Below are positions 18,159-26,852 of a stretch of DNA of 44,053 nt, piece after piece (position 1 is the stretch's first letter; each line of letters starts with the position of its first letter). This DNA is from Candidatus Eiseniibacteriota bacterium (lineage in GTDB: Bacteria; Eisenbacteria; RBG-16-71-46). The stretch is taken from positions 11,545-55,597 of the forward strand of contig JAHFBW010000001.1 of the NCBI GenBank assembly GCA_023249845.1, written 5' to 3'. The position numbers and the translations under genes were made by a program. The notes under the pieces are model-generated. The model had not been told where the DNA came from and ran no database searches. It was given only the letters and a program-made list of their open reading frames with translations.

Positions 18159-18818
18159 TCACGCCGGCGCGGTCACACCTCCGGCGGAAAGGCCCGCGAG
18201 CATCACGACGAGCGCGCTCTCGAAATAGTCCTCGAGCGTTCCGGGCGTGCCCACGGCGTGCTCGAACGCGTGTCTCCATACCGTCGCGAACATCATGGGC
18301 GCCACGACGAAGCGTGCCACCTGGACCACGTTCATGGGCCGGAACTCGCCGCGATCGATGCCCTGCTGGAGCACTCGCTGCAGAAGCGACTGGTTCCGTG
18401 CGATGAACTCGTCGTTGTAGAAGCGGGCGAGCTCGGGGTAGCTGCGCGTCTCGGCCAGCATGAGTTTGACCAGGCCCGACAGGCGATTGCGCATCATGTG
18501 ATCCCAGCGCAGGCGCAGCAGCGCTTCGATCAGCTCGAGCGTCGTGCCGCGATGCGTCTCGGCCAGCTTCTCGGTCTCGAGCACGAGCGGGAGCATGACC
18601 TCGCGGACCGCAGCCTTGAACAGCTCGGTCTTGTTCTCGTAGTAGAGGAAGATGGTGCCCTTGGTGCAGCCGGCTCGCCGAGCGACGTCCACGAGTCGGG
18701 TGGACTCGTAGCCCCGCTCGCCGAAGATCTCGAGTGCTGCCGTGAGGATCTCGGCCGGGCGCGCCTCCTTGCGCCGTCGCCAGCGCGGCGCACGCTTGTC
18801 TTGGGTTTCAACCACCAT
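18159..18818 (-). CDS. TetR/AcrR family transcriptional regulator
   Basis: RRKEARPAEILTAALEIFGERGY...VARRAGCTKGTIFLYYENKTELF HTH. GGAGG RBS before ATG 18818. Confidence 0.93.
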   Translation of the reverse strand: MVVETQDKRAPRWRRRKEARPAEILTAALEIFGERGYESTRLVDVARRAGCTKGTIFLYYENKTELFKAAVREVMLPLVLETEKLAETHRGTTLELIEALLRLRWDHMMRNRLSGLVKLMLAETRSYPELARFYNDEFIARNQSLLQRVLQQGIDRGEFRPMNVVQVARFVVAPMMFATVWRHAFEHAVGTPGTLEDYFESALVVMLAGLSAGGVTAPA

Positions 18819-18857
18819 CGTGGGCCTCCGGGGGTGAGGTGGATCCCAACGCATGAA

Positions 18858-18875
18858 AATGACCCTAGGGTCATT
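18858..18875. promoter_or_regulatory. Perfect 18-bp palindrome AATGACCCT|AGGGTCATT, likely TetR operator
   Basis: Perfect inverted repeat 40-57 bp upstream of the tetR start codon. Confidence 0.7.
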
Positions 18876-18982
18876 AGCTGACGAACATTGTGACGCAGCG
18901 GCCTGGCTCTGGGGTTCTGGCTTTGTTGGCCGGACCACAGACTTGACACGACCTCGACCGGACCTCCTCTTTCCGGCCGGTT

Positions 18983-19010
18983 TTGACAGATGAGAGGCCC
19001 GCCCTACAGT
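18983..19010 (+). promoter_or_regulatory. Sigma70-like promoter for tldD-tldE
   Basis: TTGACA (18983-18988), 16-bp spacer, TACAGT (19005-19010), about 70 bp upstream of the tldD ATG. Confidence 0.5.
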
Positions 19011-19077
19011 CGCCCGGAGTCGCCTCTCCGTCGGTTGGACCGGCCCACACCCCTCACGGACGAGATCCCCGGATCCC

Positions 19078-20523
19078 ATGGACACGCCGCTCCCCGAGCT
19101 GTCGACGCTGCTGCCGCGCGAGCTGGCGGAGGAGATCCTGGCGCTGGCGAGGGCCGGCGGCGCCGGCTTCGCCGACCTCTACGCCGAGCACGCCGTGGTG
19201 AGTGGGTTCACGCTCGACGAGCAGCGGTTGAAGAGCGCGAGCTACTCCGTTCTCCGCGGCGTGGGCGTGCGCGCGATCCGCGGAGAGGCCACCGGCTACG
19301 CTTACGCGGACGGTTTCTCGCCGGATGGGCTCCGGGAGGCCGCGCGCGTCGCGGCGCGTATCGCCCGCGACACCCCACCCGCGGCGTCGGGAGCACGCGG
19401 AATGCCGATCGCGTTCCGCGCCTCGGGCGCTCCGCCGCCGTTTCTGTTGCGCGACCCCGCGACGCTGGCGCTCAACGAGATCGCGAAGGTGGAACTGCTG
19501 CGTCGCGCCGACCAGGCAGCGCGTGCTCTCGACCCGCGCGTCCGCGAGGTCTCAGCCTCATTCGGCAGCTCGGCGCGGTCGTTCCTCGTCGCGAACACCG
19601 ACGGCGTGTGGGAGGAGGATCGCACGCACCTGTCGCGGCTCGTCGTCACCGCGCTCGCGCTCGACGGGTCGGAGCGGCAGGAAGCGTTCGCCGCCGGCGG
19701 GGGCTGCGTGGAAGCCGACTACTACGCGCGCGAGCGCACCCCCGAGAGCGTGGCGCTCGAGGCCGCCTCGGGCGCGGTGCTGCTGCTCGCGGCCCACGAG
19801 CCGGAAGCCGGATCCTACCCTGTCGTGGTGTGCAATGGCTGGGGCGGCGTCATGGTGCACGAGTGTTTCGGCCACAGCATGGAGGGCGACACCATCCGGC
19901 GGAAGACGTCCATCCGCGCCACGCAGCTCGGAAGCCCGGTGGCTGCTCCCGGCGTCACCATCGTGGATTCGGGGCTCGTGCCATGGAGTCGCGGCTCGTT
20001 CCGTGTGGACGATGAGGGCACGCCCGCGCAGCGCACCGTGCTGGTGGAGGACGGCGTGCTCGTTGGCTACCTGTGGGATCGGCTGAACGGTGGCCTCACG
20101 GGGCACGCGCCTACGGGCAACGGGCGGCGTGCGTCCTACCGCGACTATCCGCTGTGCCGCATGACGAACACGTGGATCGAACCCGGGCCGCACGCGCCCG
20201 AGGCCCTGCTCGCCGACGTGAAACGCGGGCTCTACTGCAAGAAGCTGGGCGGCGGCTCGGTGAACCCGGCGGACGGCAACTTCTCGTTCCAGGTCACCGA
20301 GGGCTGGCAGATCGAGGACGGCAAGCTCACGCACCCGGTGCGCAACGCCACACTCACTGGCAATGGCAACGACGCGATGCTACGCATCGACGGCGTGGGG
20401 TCCGACCTCGCCATCGACGGGACCACCGGCTCGTGTGGCAAGGATGGTCAATGGAAGCCCGTGGGCGTGGGCCAGCCCACCGTGCGCTTCACCGGGATCA
20501 CCGTGGGCGGCACCGCGGTATGA
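19078..20523 (+). CDS. tldD: TldD metalloprotease subunit
   Basis: HECFGHSMEGD metal motif, DDEGTP, TGNGRR, RMTNT, CGKDGQ..PVGVGQPT. Confidence 0.93.
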   Translation: MDTPLPELSTLLPRELAEEILALARAGGAGFADLYAEHAVVSGFTLDEQRLKSASYSVLRGVGVRAIRGEATGYAYADGFSPDGLREAARVAARIARDTPPAASGARGMPIAFRASGAPPPFLLRDPATLALNEIAKVELLRRADQAARALDPRVREVSASFGSSARSFLVANTDGVWEEDRTHLSRLVVTALALDGSERQEAFAAGGGCVEADYYARERTPESVALEAASGAVLLLAAHEPEAGSYPVVVCNGWGGVMVHECFGHSMEGDTIRRKTSIRATQLGSPVAAPGVTIVDSGLVPWSRGSFRVDDEGTPAQRTVLVEDGVLVGYLWDRLNGGLTGHAPTGNGRRASYRDYPLCRMTNTWIEPGPHAPEALLADVKRGLYCKKLGGGSVNPADGNFSFQVTEGWQIEDGKLTHPVRNATLTGNGNDAMLRIDGVGSDLAIDGTTGSCGKDGQWKPVGVGQPTVRFTGITVGGTAV

Positions 20524-21893
20524 GCGGCCGCCCCGCGGCGCCCGCCGACCTCACCGCGTTGTGCGAGCGCGCGGTCGAGCGCGCGCGCGCGCACGGCGCG
20601 GCGGTGGCCGACGTCTGCGCCGAGAGTTCGCTCGCGTTCACGGTGCGCGTGCATGGCGGCGCCGTGGACACGCTGAAGCAGAGCGGCACGCTTGGCCTGG
20701 GGGTGCGCGCGATCGTGGGCGGCGCCGTGGGCTTCGCCTCGGGCACGGATCTGTCGCCCGACGGGCTCGACGACCTCGCGCGCCGCGCCGTGGCGATGGC
20801 CAGCTTCGCCACACCGGACGAAGCCAACGACGTCCCCAGCCCGGACGAGGCCGGCCCGCCGTTCACCGGCGACCTCGAACTCGATGACGCCGCGGCGTAC
20901 GAGCTGCTGCCGGAACGAAAGATTGAGATGGCGCTCGAACTCGAGCGGCTGACGCTCGCGGCCGACGCCCGCGTGACACGCACTGACGGCGCCAGTGTCT
21001 CGAGTGCGGGAGGCGCGTTCGCCATGGCCAACTCGCGCGGCGTTTCGCGCGCATGGCAGGGCACAAGCGTGTCGGCGTGGGTCGTGGCGCTGGCCGACGA
21101 CCGCGATGGGCGCCAGCAGACCGGCGCCGAGGGCATGAGCGTGCGCCATCTCGCCGACCTTCACTCGCTCGACTCCATGGCACGCCGCGCGGCGATCCGG
21201 GCCGTGAACCGTCTCGGCGCGCGCACGGTACCGAGCGCGCGCGTGCCCGTGGTGATGCATCCGGACATTGCCGCGGCGTGGATCTCGGAGATGATCGAGG
21301 CGTGGAGCGGCGAGAGCGTGCTCAAGCGCTCGAGCTGGCTCACGGAGCTGCTCGGCGAGACCATCGCGTCGCCGCTCGTGACGCTCGTGGACGACGCCAC
21401 GCTGCCTCGCCGTGTCGGGAGCTCGCCCTACGATGGCGAGGGCCTCTCCGCGCGCCGCAACGTGCTGCTCGATCACGGCAAGCTGGCGATGTTCCTCTAC
21501 GATCACTACCACGCTCGGCGGGCCGGCCGCGCGAGCACCGCGAACGGCCTACGAGGCTGGTCGAGCACGCCGGGCATCGGCACGCACAACCTCTACCTGG
21601 AGCCCGGCACGGACTCGCCGGAAATGCTGCTGCGGCGCGTGGACCGCGGGTTCTACTACGACGACCAGGGCTCGTTCGGCTTCAACCCGGTGACGGGTGA
21701 CTACTCGTTCCAGGCACAGGGTTACTGGATCGAGAATGGCGAACGCACGTACCCGGTGGACGGCATCACGGTGGCCGGCAACTCCCTCGCCATGCTCAAG
21801 GCGATCGCGGGCGTCGCGAACGACCTCGAATGGCGCTCCGCCGTCGCGTCGCCGACACTGCTCATCTCGGAGATGACGATCAGCGGGAGCTGA
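20520..21893 (+). CDS. pmbA: TldE/PmbA non-catalytic subunit
   Basis: ATGA overlap with tldD. TldD/PmbA fold motifs (YDGEG, NPVTGDYS, SPTLLISEMTISG) without HExxxH. Confidence 0.9.
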   Translation: MSGRPAAPADLTALCERAVERARAHGAAVADVCAESSLAFTVRVHGGAVDTLKQSGTLGLGVRAIVGGAVGFASGTDLSPDGLDDLARRAVAMASFATPDEANDVPSPDEAGPPFTGDLELDDAAAYELLPERKIEMALELERLTLAADARVTRTDGASVSSAGGAFAMANSRGVSRAWQGTSVSAWVVALADDRDGRQQTGAEGMSVRHLADLHSLDSMARRAAIRAVNRLGARTVPSARVPVVMHPDIAAAWISEMIEAWSGESVLKRSSWLTELLGETIASPLVTLVDDATLPRRVGSSPYDGEGLSARRNVLLDHGKLAMFLYDHYHARRAGRASTANGLRGWSSTPGIGTHNLYLEPGTDSPEMLLRRVDRGFYYDDQGSFGFNPVTGDYSFQAQGYWIENGERTYPVDGITVAGNSLAMLKAIAGVANDLEWRSAVASPTLLISEMTISGS

Positions 21894-21946
21894 ATTCGTC
21901 GTCTCTCCGCGAACATCGAGCGTTGCGCACGGCGTCTCCTCTCCCA

Positions 21947-22391
21947 ATCGCCTGCCGACTCGGTCGCCCCGCTCGATCGCCTGCCGACTCGGTCGCCGCG
22001 GGCCTACGGGGGGCCTCGCACAGGGGATCGTTCGTCGCGGCCATCCCTGGCCGCTCCTCACTCGTCTGGCCGTGGGCTCCGGCATCCTGCCTCCCACCCA
22101 CGTCCAGGCGCCCCCTGTGCGAGACCCCCCTTCCGGCCCGCGGCTCGATCGTGCGCGGCGAGGTGCGAGCGTCTCCCGTCATCGCACGGTCGAGCCCCGA
22201 GCGGCGGGGGCAGTTCGATCGTGGCCAGTCGTGAGCAGCCCGCAGCCAGGGACTGGCGAAGGGCGTCGCGAGCGTCAGGTCGGGCCGGGCAGGAGGCCCG
22301 GCCCGACCGTTGGCCACGAGCGAATCTCCCCCGCCGCTCGGGGCGACCGAAGCTGCAGGCGTCCGGCCCGGGGCGACCGAGTCGGCTGGCG
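21947..22391. repeat. Two direct copies of a ~22-bp unit facing two inverted copies across an intergenic region
   Basis: ATCGCCTGCCGACTCGGTCGCC at 21947-21968 and 21976-21997. Reverse-complement copies GGGGCGACCGAAGCTGCAGGCG (22340-22361) and GGGGCGACCGAGTCGGCTGGCG (22370-22391). Confidence 0.85.
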
Positions 22392-22419
22392 TTCGGACCG
22401 GGCCCACAGCGGCCGGAAG

Positions 22420-23631
22420 TCAGGACGTTCGGTAAGTGCTCACAAGTGCGACGCCGCGGCGGGGCATCGGCGACGGCTGCTTCGCGTGGCCCAGCCGAAC
22501 CAGCAGCAGCGGTTCCTCGCCGTCCGCGTGGAAGCGCCGCGCGAGGATCGCCCGGTGTTGCAGCGAGGCCACCGGCGCCGAGAGCGGTTGCTGCGCGACG
22601 CCGAGTGTCGCCGCTCGCAGCGCGAAGCGTTCGTATGCCTGCCCGCCCACGATCCAGCCCGCTTCGCTCGGCGCCGGCAGCGTGAGCAGGGCCAGCGCGC
22701 CCGAGCTGCGCACCAAGTCGCGCATGTCCTTCGCCATGCTCGCCGTGCCCCAACCGTAGAATCGGCTCTGCGGGTGCAGGGCGCGCCCGGACAGCCAGCC
22801 CGCCGGCCCACCCAGCCCCAAGCGCTCCGACGTGATGCCGTCGCCGTGCTCGCGCACGTCGCCATCCGAGCCGCGCAGCCACGCGCGACGCTCGGCCTGC
22901 GCCGCGCGATCGCTCATCACGACACGCACGGCGTCGTGCACCAGGTCCGCGACGGCGTTCACGTCGGAGCGGTCCTCGAGCCAGTGCACGCGCGCTTCCT
23001 CGCCCACTTGCGCGAGCAACTGGCTGCGGTTCGGCATCGTGATCGCGCGACCGTCGTAGCTGCGCGCGTTGGAGCGGCGGTCAGTGAGCGCCGAATGCAG
23101 CAGGCGATCCCGCGCCCGGTCGCCGGGCTGCCACGTCACCGACGCCACCACGAGCGAGCTACCGGGCCGCGAGGTGGTACCCCATGGCAGGTAGCGCACG
23201 CTGGGCTGCTGCCCCCACGCGCGCGCGGCCACGAGCAGGTTCTCGAGCGCGGCACCGAGCGACATCTGCGCGAATCGCTGATCGGGATCATCCAGCGGCA
23301 GGGTGCGTTGCGCGTCGAGCAGCAACCGCAGCTCGCCCGTGTCCACCTCGAACCGCCACGGTTGGGCGTTCCAATAGCTCGGCGCGAGGATCGCGGCGCC
23401 GATCAGCGCTCGCGCTGCCTCGATCGGGTGCGCCGGGATCGCCGCGGGGAGCGACCAGGGTTGGAGTGCGGGAAGCGTGGCGGCCCGCTTCGCCCAGGCG
23501 AGCGATGGTTCGAGCGCACGCAAGGCCGCGGCCCCACCCAGAAGCACCAGGAACCTTCGGCGGTCGAGCGTGAGCGACGCGAACTCGGGGCCGTCGGCGG
23601 CGGATCGCGGCCGCCGTGGTCGATCTCCCAT
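22420..23631 (-). CDS. Acg / nitroreductase-superfamily FMN-binding protein with a twin-arginine signal
   Basis: DRRRFLVLLG Tat motif. AILAPSYWNAQPWRF, RRSNARSY, GQAYERFALRA, LLVRLG, PRR. Confidence 0.85.
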   Translation of the reverse strand: MGDRPRRPRSAADGPEFASLTLDRRRFLVLLGGAAALRALEPSLAWAKRAATLPALQPWSLPAAIPAHPIEAARALIGAAILAPSYWNAQPWRFEVDTGELRLLLDAQRTLPLDDPDQRFAQMSLGAALENLLVAARAWGQQPSVRYLPWGTTSRPGSSLVVASVTWQPGDRARDRLLHSALTDRRSNARSYDGRAITMPNRSQLLAQVGEEARVHWLEDRSDVNAVADLVHDAVRVVMSDRAAQAERRAWLRGSDGDVREHGDGITSERLGLGGPAGWLSGRALHPQSRFYGWGTASMAKDMRDLVRSSGALALLTLPAPSEAGWIVGGQAYERFALRAATLGVAQQPLSAPVASLQHRAILARRFHADGEEPLLLVRLGHAKQPSPMPRRGVALVSTYRTS

Positions 23632-23754
23632 GGACGGCGAGGGTGCGCGAGGCCTGCGGAGACGTCAACGAGTCGTTCAGAACCCGGTGCCCGGGGCGGG
23701 GTTGCGGCCGCGGTCACTTGTCGGCGCCGGGTTGGCCCGGCTAGCGTCCCGCCC

Positions 23755-24240
23755 ATGCTCCCGCGCACGCGATTCCTCACTGATACCTCACTCGAGCACC
23801 TCGCGCGCCGGCTTCGTTTCCTCGGGTACGACGTTGCGACCCACCGGGGGGCCCGGCTCACCGAGCTGTTCGCGGCGGCCCGGCGCGAGGACCGCACGGT
23901 ACTGACGCTGTCCGCGCGTCAGCCCCCGAAAGGGGCCCCCGTGACCGTGCTGCGCATGCCGCGGGGTGACCTCGAAGCAGCGGTCCGCGCGGTCGTGGCG
24001 GCCCACCTCCCCGCGACGGCGCCCTGGAGCCGGTGTCCTGCCTGCAACGTGGCGCTGCACGCTCGCTCGGCGTTCGAGGCCCGCGGTGAGGTGCCGGGGC
24101 GCGTCACCCGGCTCGCGGTGCCGCTCTCGTGGTGCCCGGAATGTGGTCGCTGGTTCTGGCCGGGCAGCCACGTCGCGCGGATGAACGAGTGGTTCGAGCG
24201 GGTCCTCGGCCGCCTCCCCGACGCCGTCGATCCACCTTGA
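23755..24240 (+). CDS. Mut7-C RNase (PIN-like) domain protein
   Basis: RFLTDTSLEHLARRLRFLGYDV; SRCPACN...CPECGRWFWPGSH zinc ribbon. Confidence 0.88.
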   Translation: MLPRTRFLTDTSLEHLARRLRFLGYDVATHRGARLTELFAAARREDRTVLTLSARQPPKGAPVTVLRMPRGDLEAAVRAVVAAHLPATAPWSRCPACNVALHARSAFEARGEVPGRVTRLAVPLSWCPECGRWFWPGSHVARMNEWFERVLGRLPDAVDPP

Positions 24241-24754
24241 CCCAGTCTGGCTCCTGTTTCCCGAGTGAGTACGAACTTGGGGTGCGAAGGCTGGGTCTCG
24301 GCTCACGCGCCAGAGTTGCCACCGACTGAACAGGGTGTCGTGATCTCCGACACCTGTCCGCCATACCACACCGAGGAAGCGCAGGAACGGCAACATTTTG
24401 GCCGGTGGGCCCGGGTCAGCTGACTGAGAATGCGGCTGCTTCCGCACGCAGATGTGCGCAATTTACGCGGGCTTGCGGGTTTTCACGGCACGATAAAAAA
24501 ATCTCGTCGGCAGCAATCTTCGGTTGCGCGAATCGTAGCCTTCACCGACAATCCTCAGCGACGAACGCGTGCTGACTGGAAGTCGGGCCCGGAGAGAGAC
24601 GTGGGGAGAGGCTCGATCACGGTCGCGCCGTTCGTCATTTTTTTTCGTGACACGCCGGGTGTGAGCGCCTTCCTTGCGCGTTCCGCCCGGCGTCGTCGTG
24701 TCGGGTAGAGTCGCCGCGTCTCGCTGGAGCCCCAAGCACCCACCCGCGGCCCGC

Positions 24755-25630
24755 ATGGACCTCTCCTTCGTCGTCGTCACGTACAACTCCCGAGAGCACA
24801 TCCTCGCCTGCCTGCGATCGTTCGAGTCCGCCATGGGACCGCGAGGCGCGGCCGGGGCACCTGTCCGCTGGGAGTGCGTGGTGGTGGACAACGCCTCTGG
24901 AGACGGTACGCCCGAACTGGTCGAGCGCGACGCGAGCGAGGTGCGTGTCGTGCGCACTGGGGAGAACCTGGGCTACGCCAAGGCGGTGAATCGCGGTCTC
25001 GCCGAGACGAGCGGCCGGCACGTGCTGATCTCGAATCCCGACTGCGAGTGGCGCGAGGGAGCGGTGCGCGAACTGGTGGCATGGCTCGAAGCACATCCGC
25101 ACTGCGGCATCGCCGCGCCGCGCATCCGCAACCCCGACGGGTCGCTGGAATACAGCGCGCGAGCCTATCCGGACCACTTCGCGTTCCTGTTCAATCGCTA
25201 CTCGCTGCTGTCGCGCCTGTTCCCGCGCAATCCCTGGACACGCCGCTACCTGATGCTCGATTGGGATCATGAGACCGCCCGCAGCGTGGACTGGGTCTCG
25301 GGCGCGGCCATGCTCGTGCGCCGCGCCGCGGTGGTTGCGGTGGGCGGCATGGACGAGGCGTTCTTCATGTTCAACGAGGACGTGGACTGGTGCCGGCGCA
25401 TGAACCAGGCCGTCTTCAGCGTCGACTACGTGCCCGCGGCCGAGACCGTGCACCACATCGGCGCGAGCCGCGGCGGGGCCACGAATCGCGTCATCCTCGA
25501 GCGGCACCGGGGCATGCTCCACTACTTCCGCAAGCACCACCCCGCGCCGCTCCCGCTCGACCTCCTGGCGGCGATGTTCATCATGGCGCGCGCCCGGCTG
25601 TTGATGGCGCTCAACAGGCGTTCGCGCTGA
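24755..25630 (+). CDS. Glycosyltransferase family 2 (WbbL-like)
   Basis: SFVVVTYNS, VVDNASGDGT, NLGYAKAVN, NPD, VSGAAML, MDEAFFMFNEDVDWC. Confidence 0.92.
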   Translation: MDLSFVVVTYNSREHILACLRSFESAMGPRGAAGAPVRWECVVVDNASGDGTPELVERDASEVRVVRTGENLGYAKAVNRGLAETSGRHVLISNPDCEWREGAVRELVAWLEAHPHCGIAAPRIRNPDGSLEYSARAYPDHFAFLFNRYSLLSRLFPRNPWTRRYLMLDWDHETARSVDWVSGAAMLVRRAAVVAVGGMDEAFFMFNEDVDWCRRMNQAVFSVDYVPAAETVHHIGASRGGATNRVILERHRGMLHYFRKHHPAPLPLDLLAAMFIMARARLLMALNRRSR

Positions 25631-26673
25631 TGCCGTACTCCCTGCAACTGGCGTTCGCATCGGGGCTTGTCGCGTTGGCCATGACTCCACTGGCGCGCTC
25701 GCTGGCGATTCGCTTCGGCGCCCTGGACCACCCCGGGCCGCGCCGTGTGCACGCCGAGCCCACACCGCGATTCGGCGGGCTGGCGATGGCCGCCGCGGTG
25801 CTCGGCGTGGCGTGGCTGGCGCGCGTGCTGCCGGGGCCGGCGCGCGAGCTGGACTCACGGCCGCTCCTTGGCCTCACGTTCGCCTCCGTTCCCCTGCTCG
25901 CCCTGGGCGTGCTCGACGACCGGCACGGCGTGGGGCCGTGGGCGAAGCTCGCCGTACAGGCGTGCGCCGCGCTCACGCTCACCGTGTTCGGATACGGCGT
26001 GCCGCTGCTCACGAACCCTTTCGGCGAACCATTCGTGACCGGCGCCTGGAGCCTGCCGCTCACCGTGCTGTGGGTGGTCGTGCTCACGAACGCCGTCAAC
26101 CTGATCGACGGGCTGGATGGCCTCGCCGCCGGTGTCGTGGGCATCGCGTGCGCGGCGTTGTGGGCGACGGCGCGCAGTCACGGTGACTTCTACGTCATGT
26201 TCATCGCTGCGCTTCTGCTCGGCGCGTGCGGCGGCTTCCTGTGGTGGAATCGCCCACCGGCGCGCGTGTTCATGGGCGACACCGGCAGCCAGTTCCTGGG
26301 ACTCACGCTGTCCGCATTGTCGCTGCTCGAGAATCGCAAGGGCACCGCCGCGTTGACGCTGCTGCTGCCCATCGTGGCGCTCGGGGTCCCGATCGCCGAC
26401 AGCGCGCTGGCGCTGGTGCGCCGCGTCGTGCGCGGCCAGCATGTGTTCCGAGGCGACGCCGGTCACATCCACCACCGGCTGCTCGATGCGGGGCTCTCCC
26501 CTCGCGCGGCGCTCGCGGTGCTCTGGGGGCTCTCCGCGATGTTCGGCGGCGCGGCGGTGTTGCTCGAGTTCGTGCCGCATCGCTGGACCGTGCCAGTCAT
26601 GGCGGTACTCGGCGTCGTGCTGTTCGCCGTGCTGCTCACCGCACGCCACCACGCACGCCGGCGCCGCGACTAG
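25630..26673 (+). CDS. Undecaprenyl-phosphate N-acetylhexosamine-1-phosphate transferase (WecA/TagO, MraY-like family)
   Basis: TGATG overlap. PTPRFGGLA, LGVLDD, NAVNLIDGLDGLA, FMGDTGS, HIHHRLL. Confidence 0.92.
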   Translation: MPYSLQLAFASGLVALAMTPLARSLAIRFGALDHPGPRRVHAEPTPRFGGLAMAAAVLGVAWLARVLPGPARELDSRPLLGLTFASVPLLALGVLDDRHGVGPWAKLAVQACAALTLTVFGYGVPLLTNPFGEPFVTGAWSLPLTVLWVVVLTNAVNLIDGLDGLAAGVVGIACAALWATARSHGDFYVMFIAALLLGACGGFLWWNRPPARVFMGDTGSQFLGLTLSALSLLENRKGTAALTLLLPIVALGVPIADSALALVRRVVRGQHVFRGDAGHIHHRLLDAGLSPRAALAVLWGLSAMFGGAAVLLEFVPHRWTVPVMAVLGVVLFAVLLTARHHARRRRD

Positions 26674-26852
26674 GCTGTCTCATGCCTCCGCGCGCGCGGA
26701 GTTCTCAGACGGAGCCTGGCGCCCCTCCGAGCTGGACGAATCGCTTTCGAGGGGAGCGGGTCCGGCGCCCCGATCGTGCGCCGGACCCGCGGAGGCCGCG
26801 TCCCACCGGCGCGGATCGAGCACGCTCCGCGCGCGGCACGCTTTCGAACGCC

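Noticed and set aside
21947-21997. CRISPR mini-array from the 22-bp direct repeats
   Set aside because: Only two copies separated by 7 bp, and the other copies are inverted.
19078-23631. RiPP (microcin/azole) cluster from TldD/E plus a nitroreductase-fold protein
   Set aside because: No YcaO, precursor peptide or transporter. The flavoprotein is Acg-type with a Tat signal and is convergently transcribed. TldDE are commonly stand-alone.
22072-24240. 722-aa ORF
   Set aside because: Only the last 161 codons (from ATG 23755) are Mut7-C. The upstream part is antisense shadow of the Acg-like gene.
24241-24447. Small minus-strand protein (MLPFLRFLGVVW...)
   Set aside because: The frame runs on antisense through the Mut7-C gene, and it has no RBS or recognisable motif.
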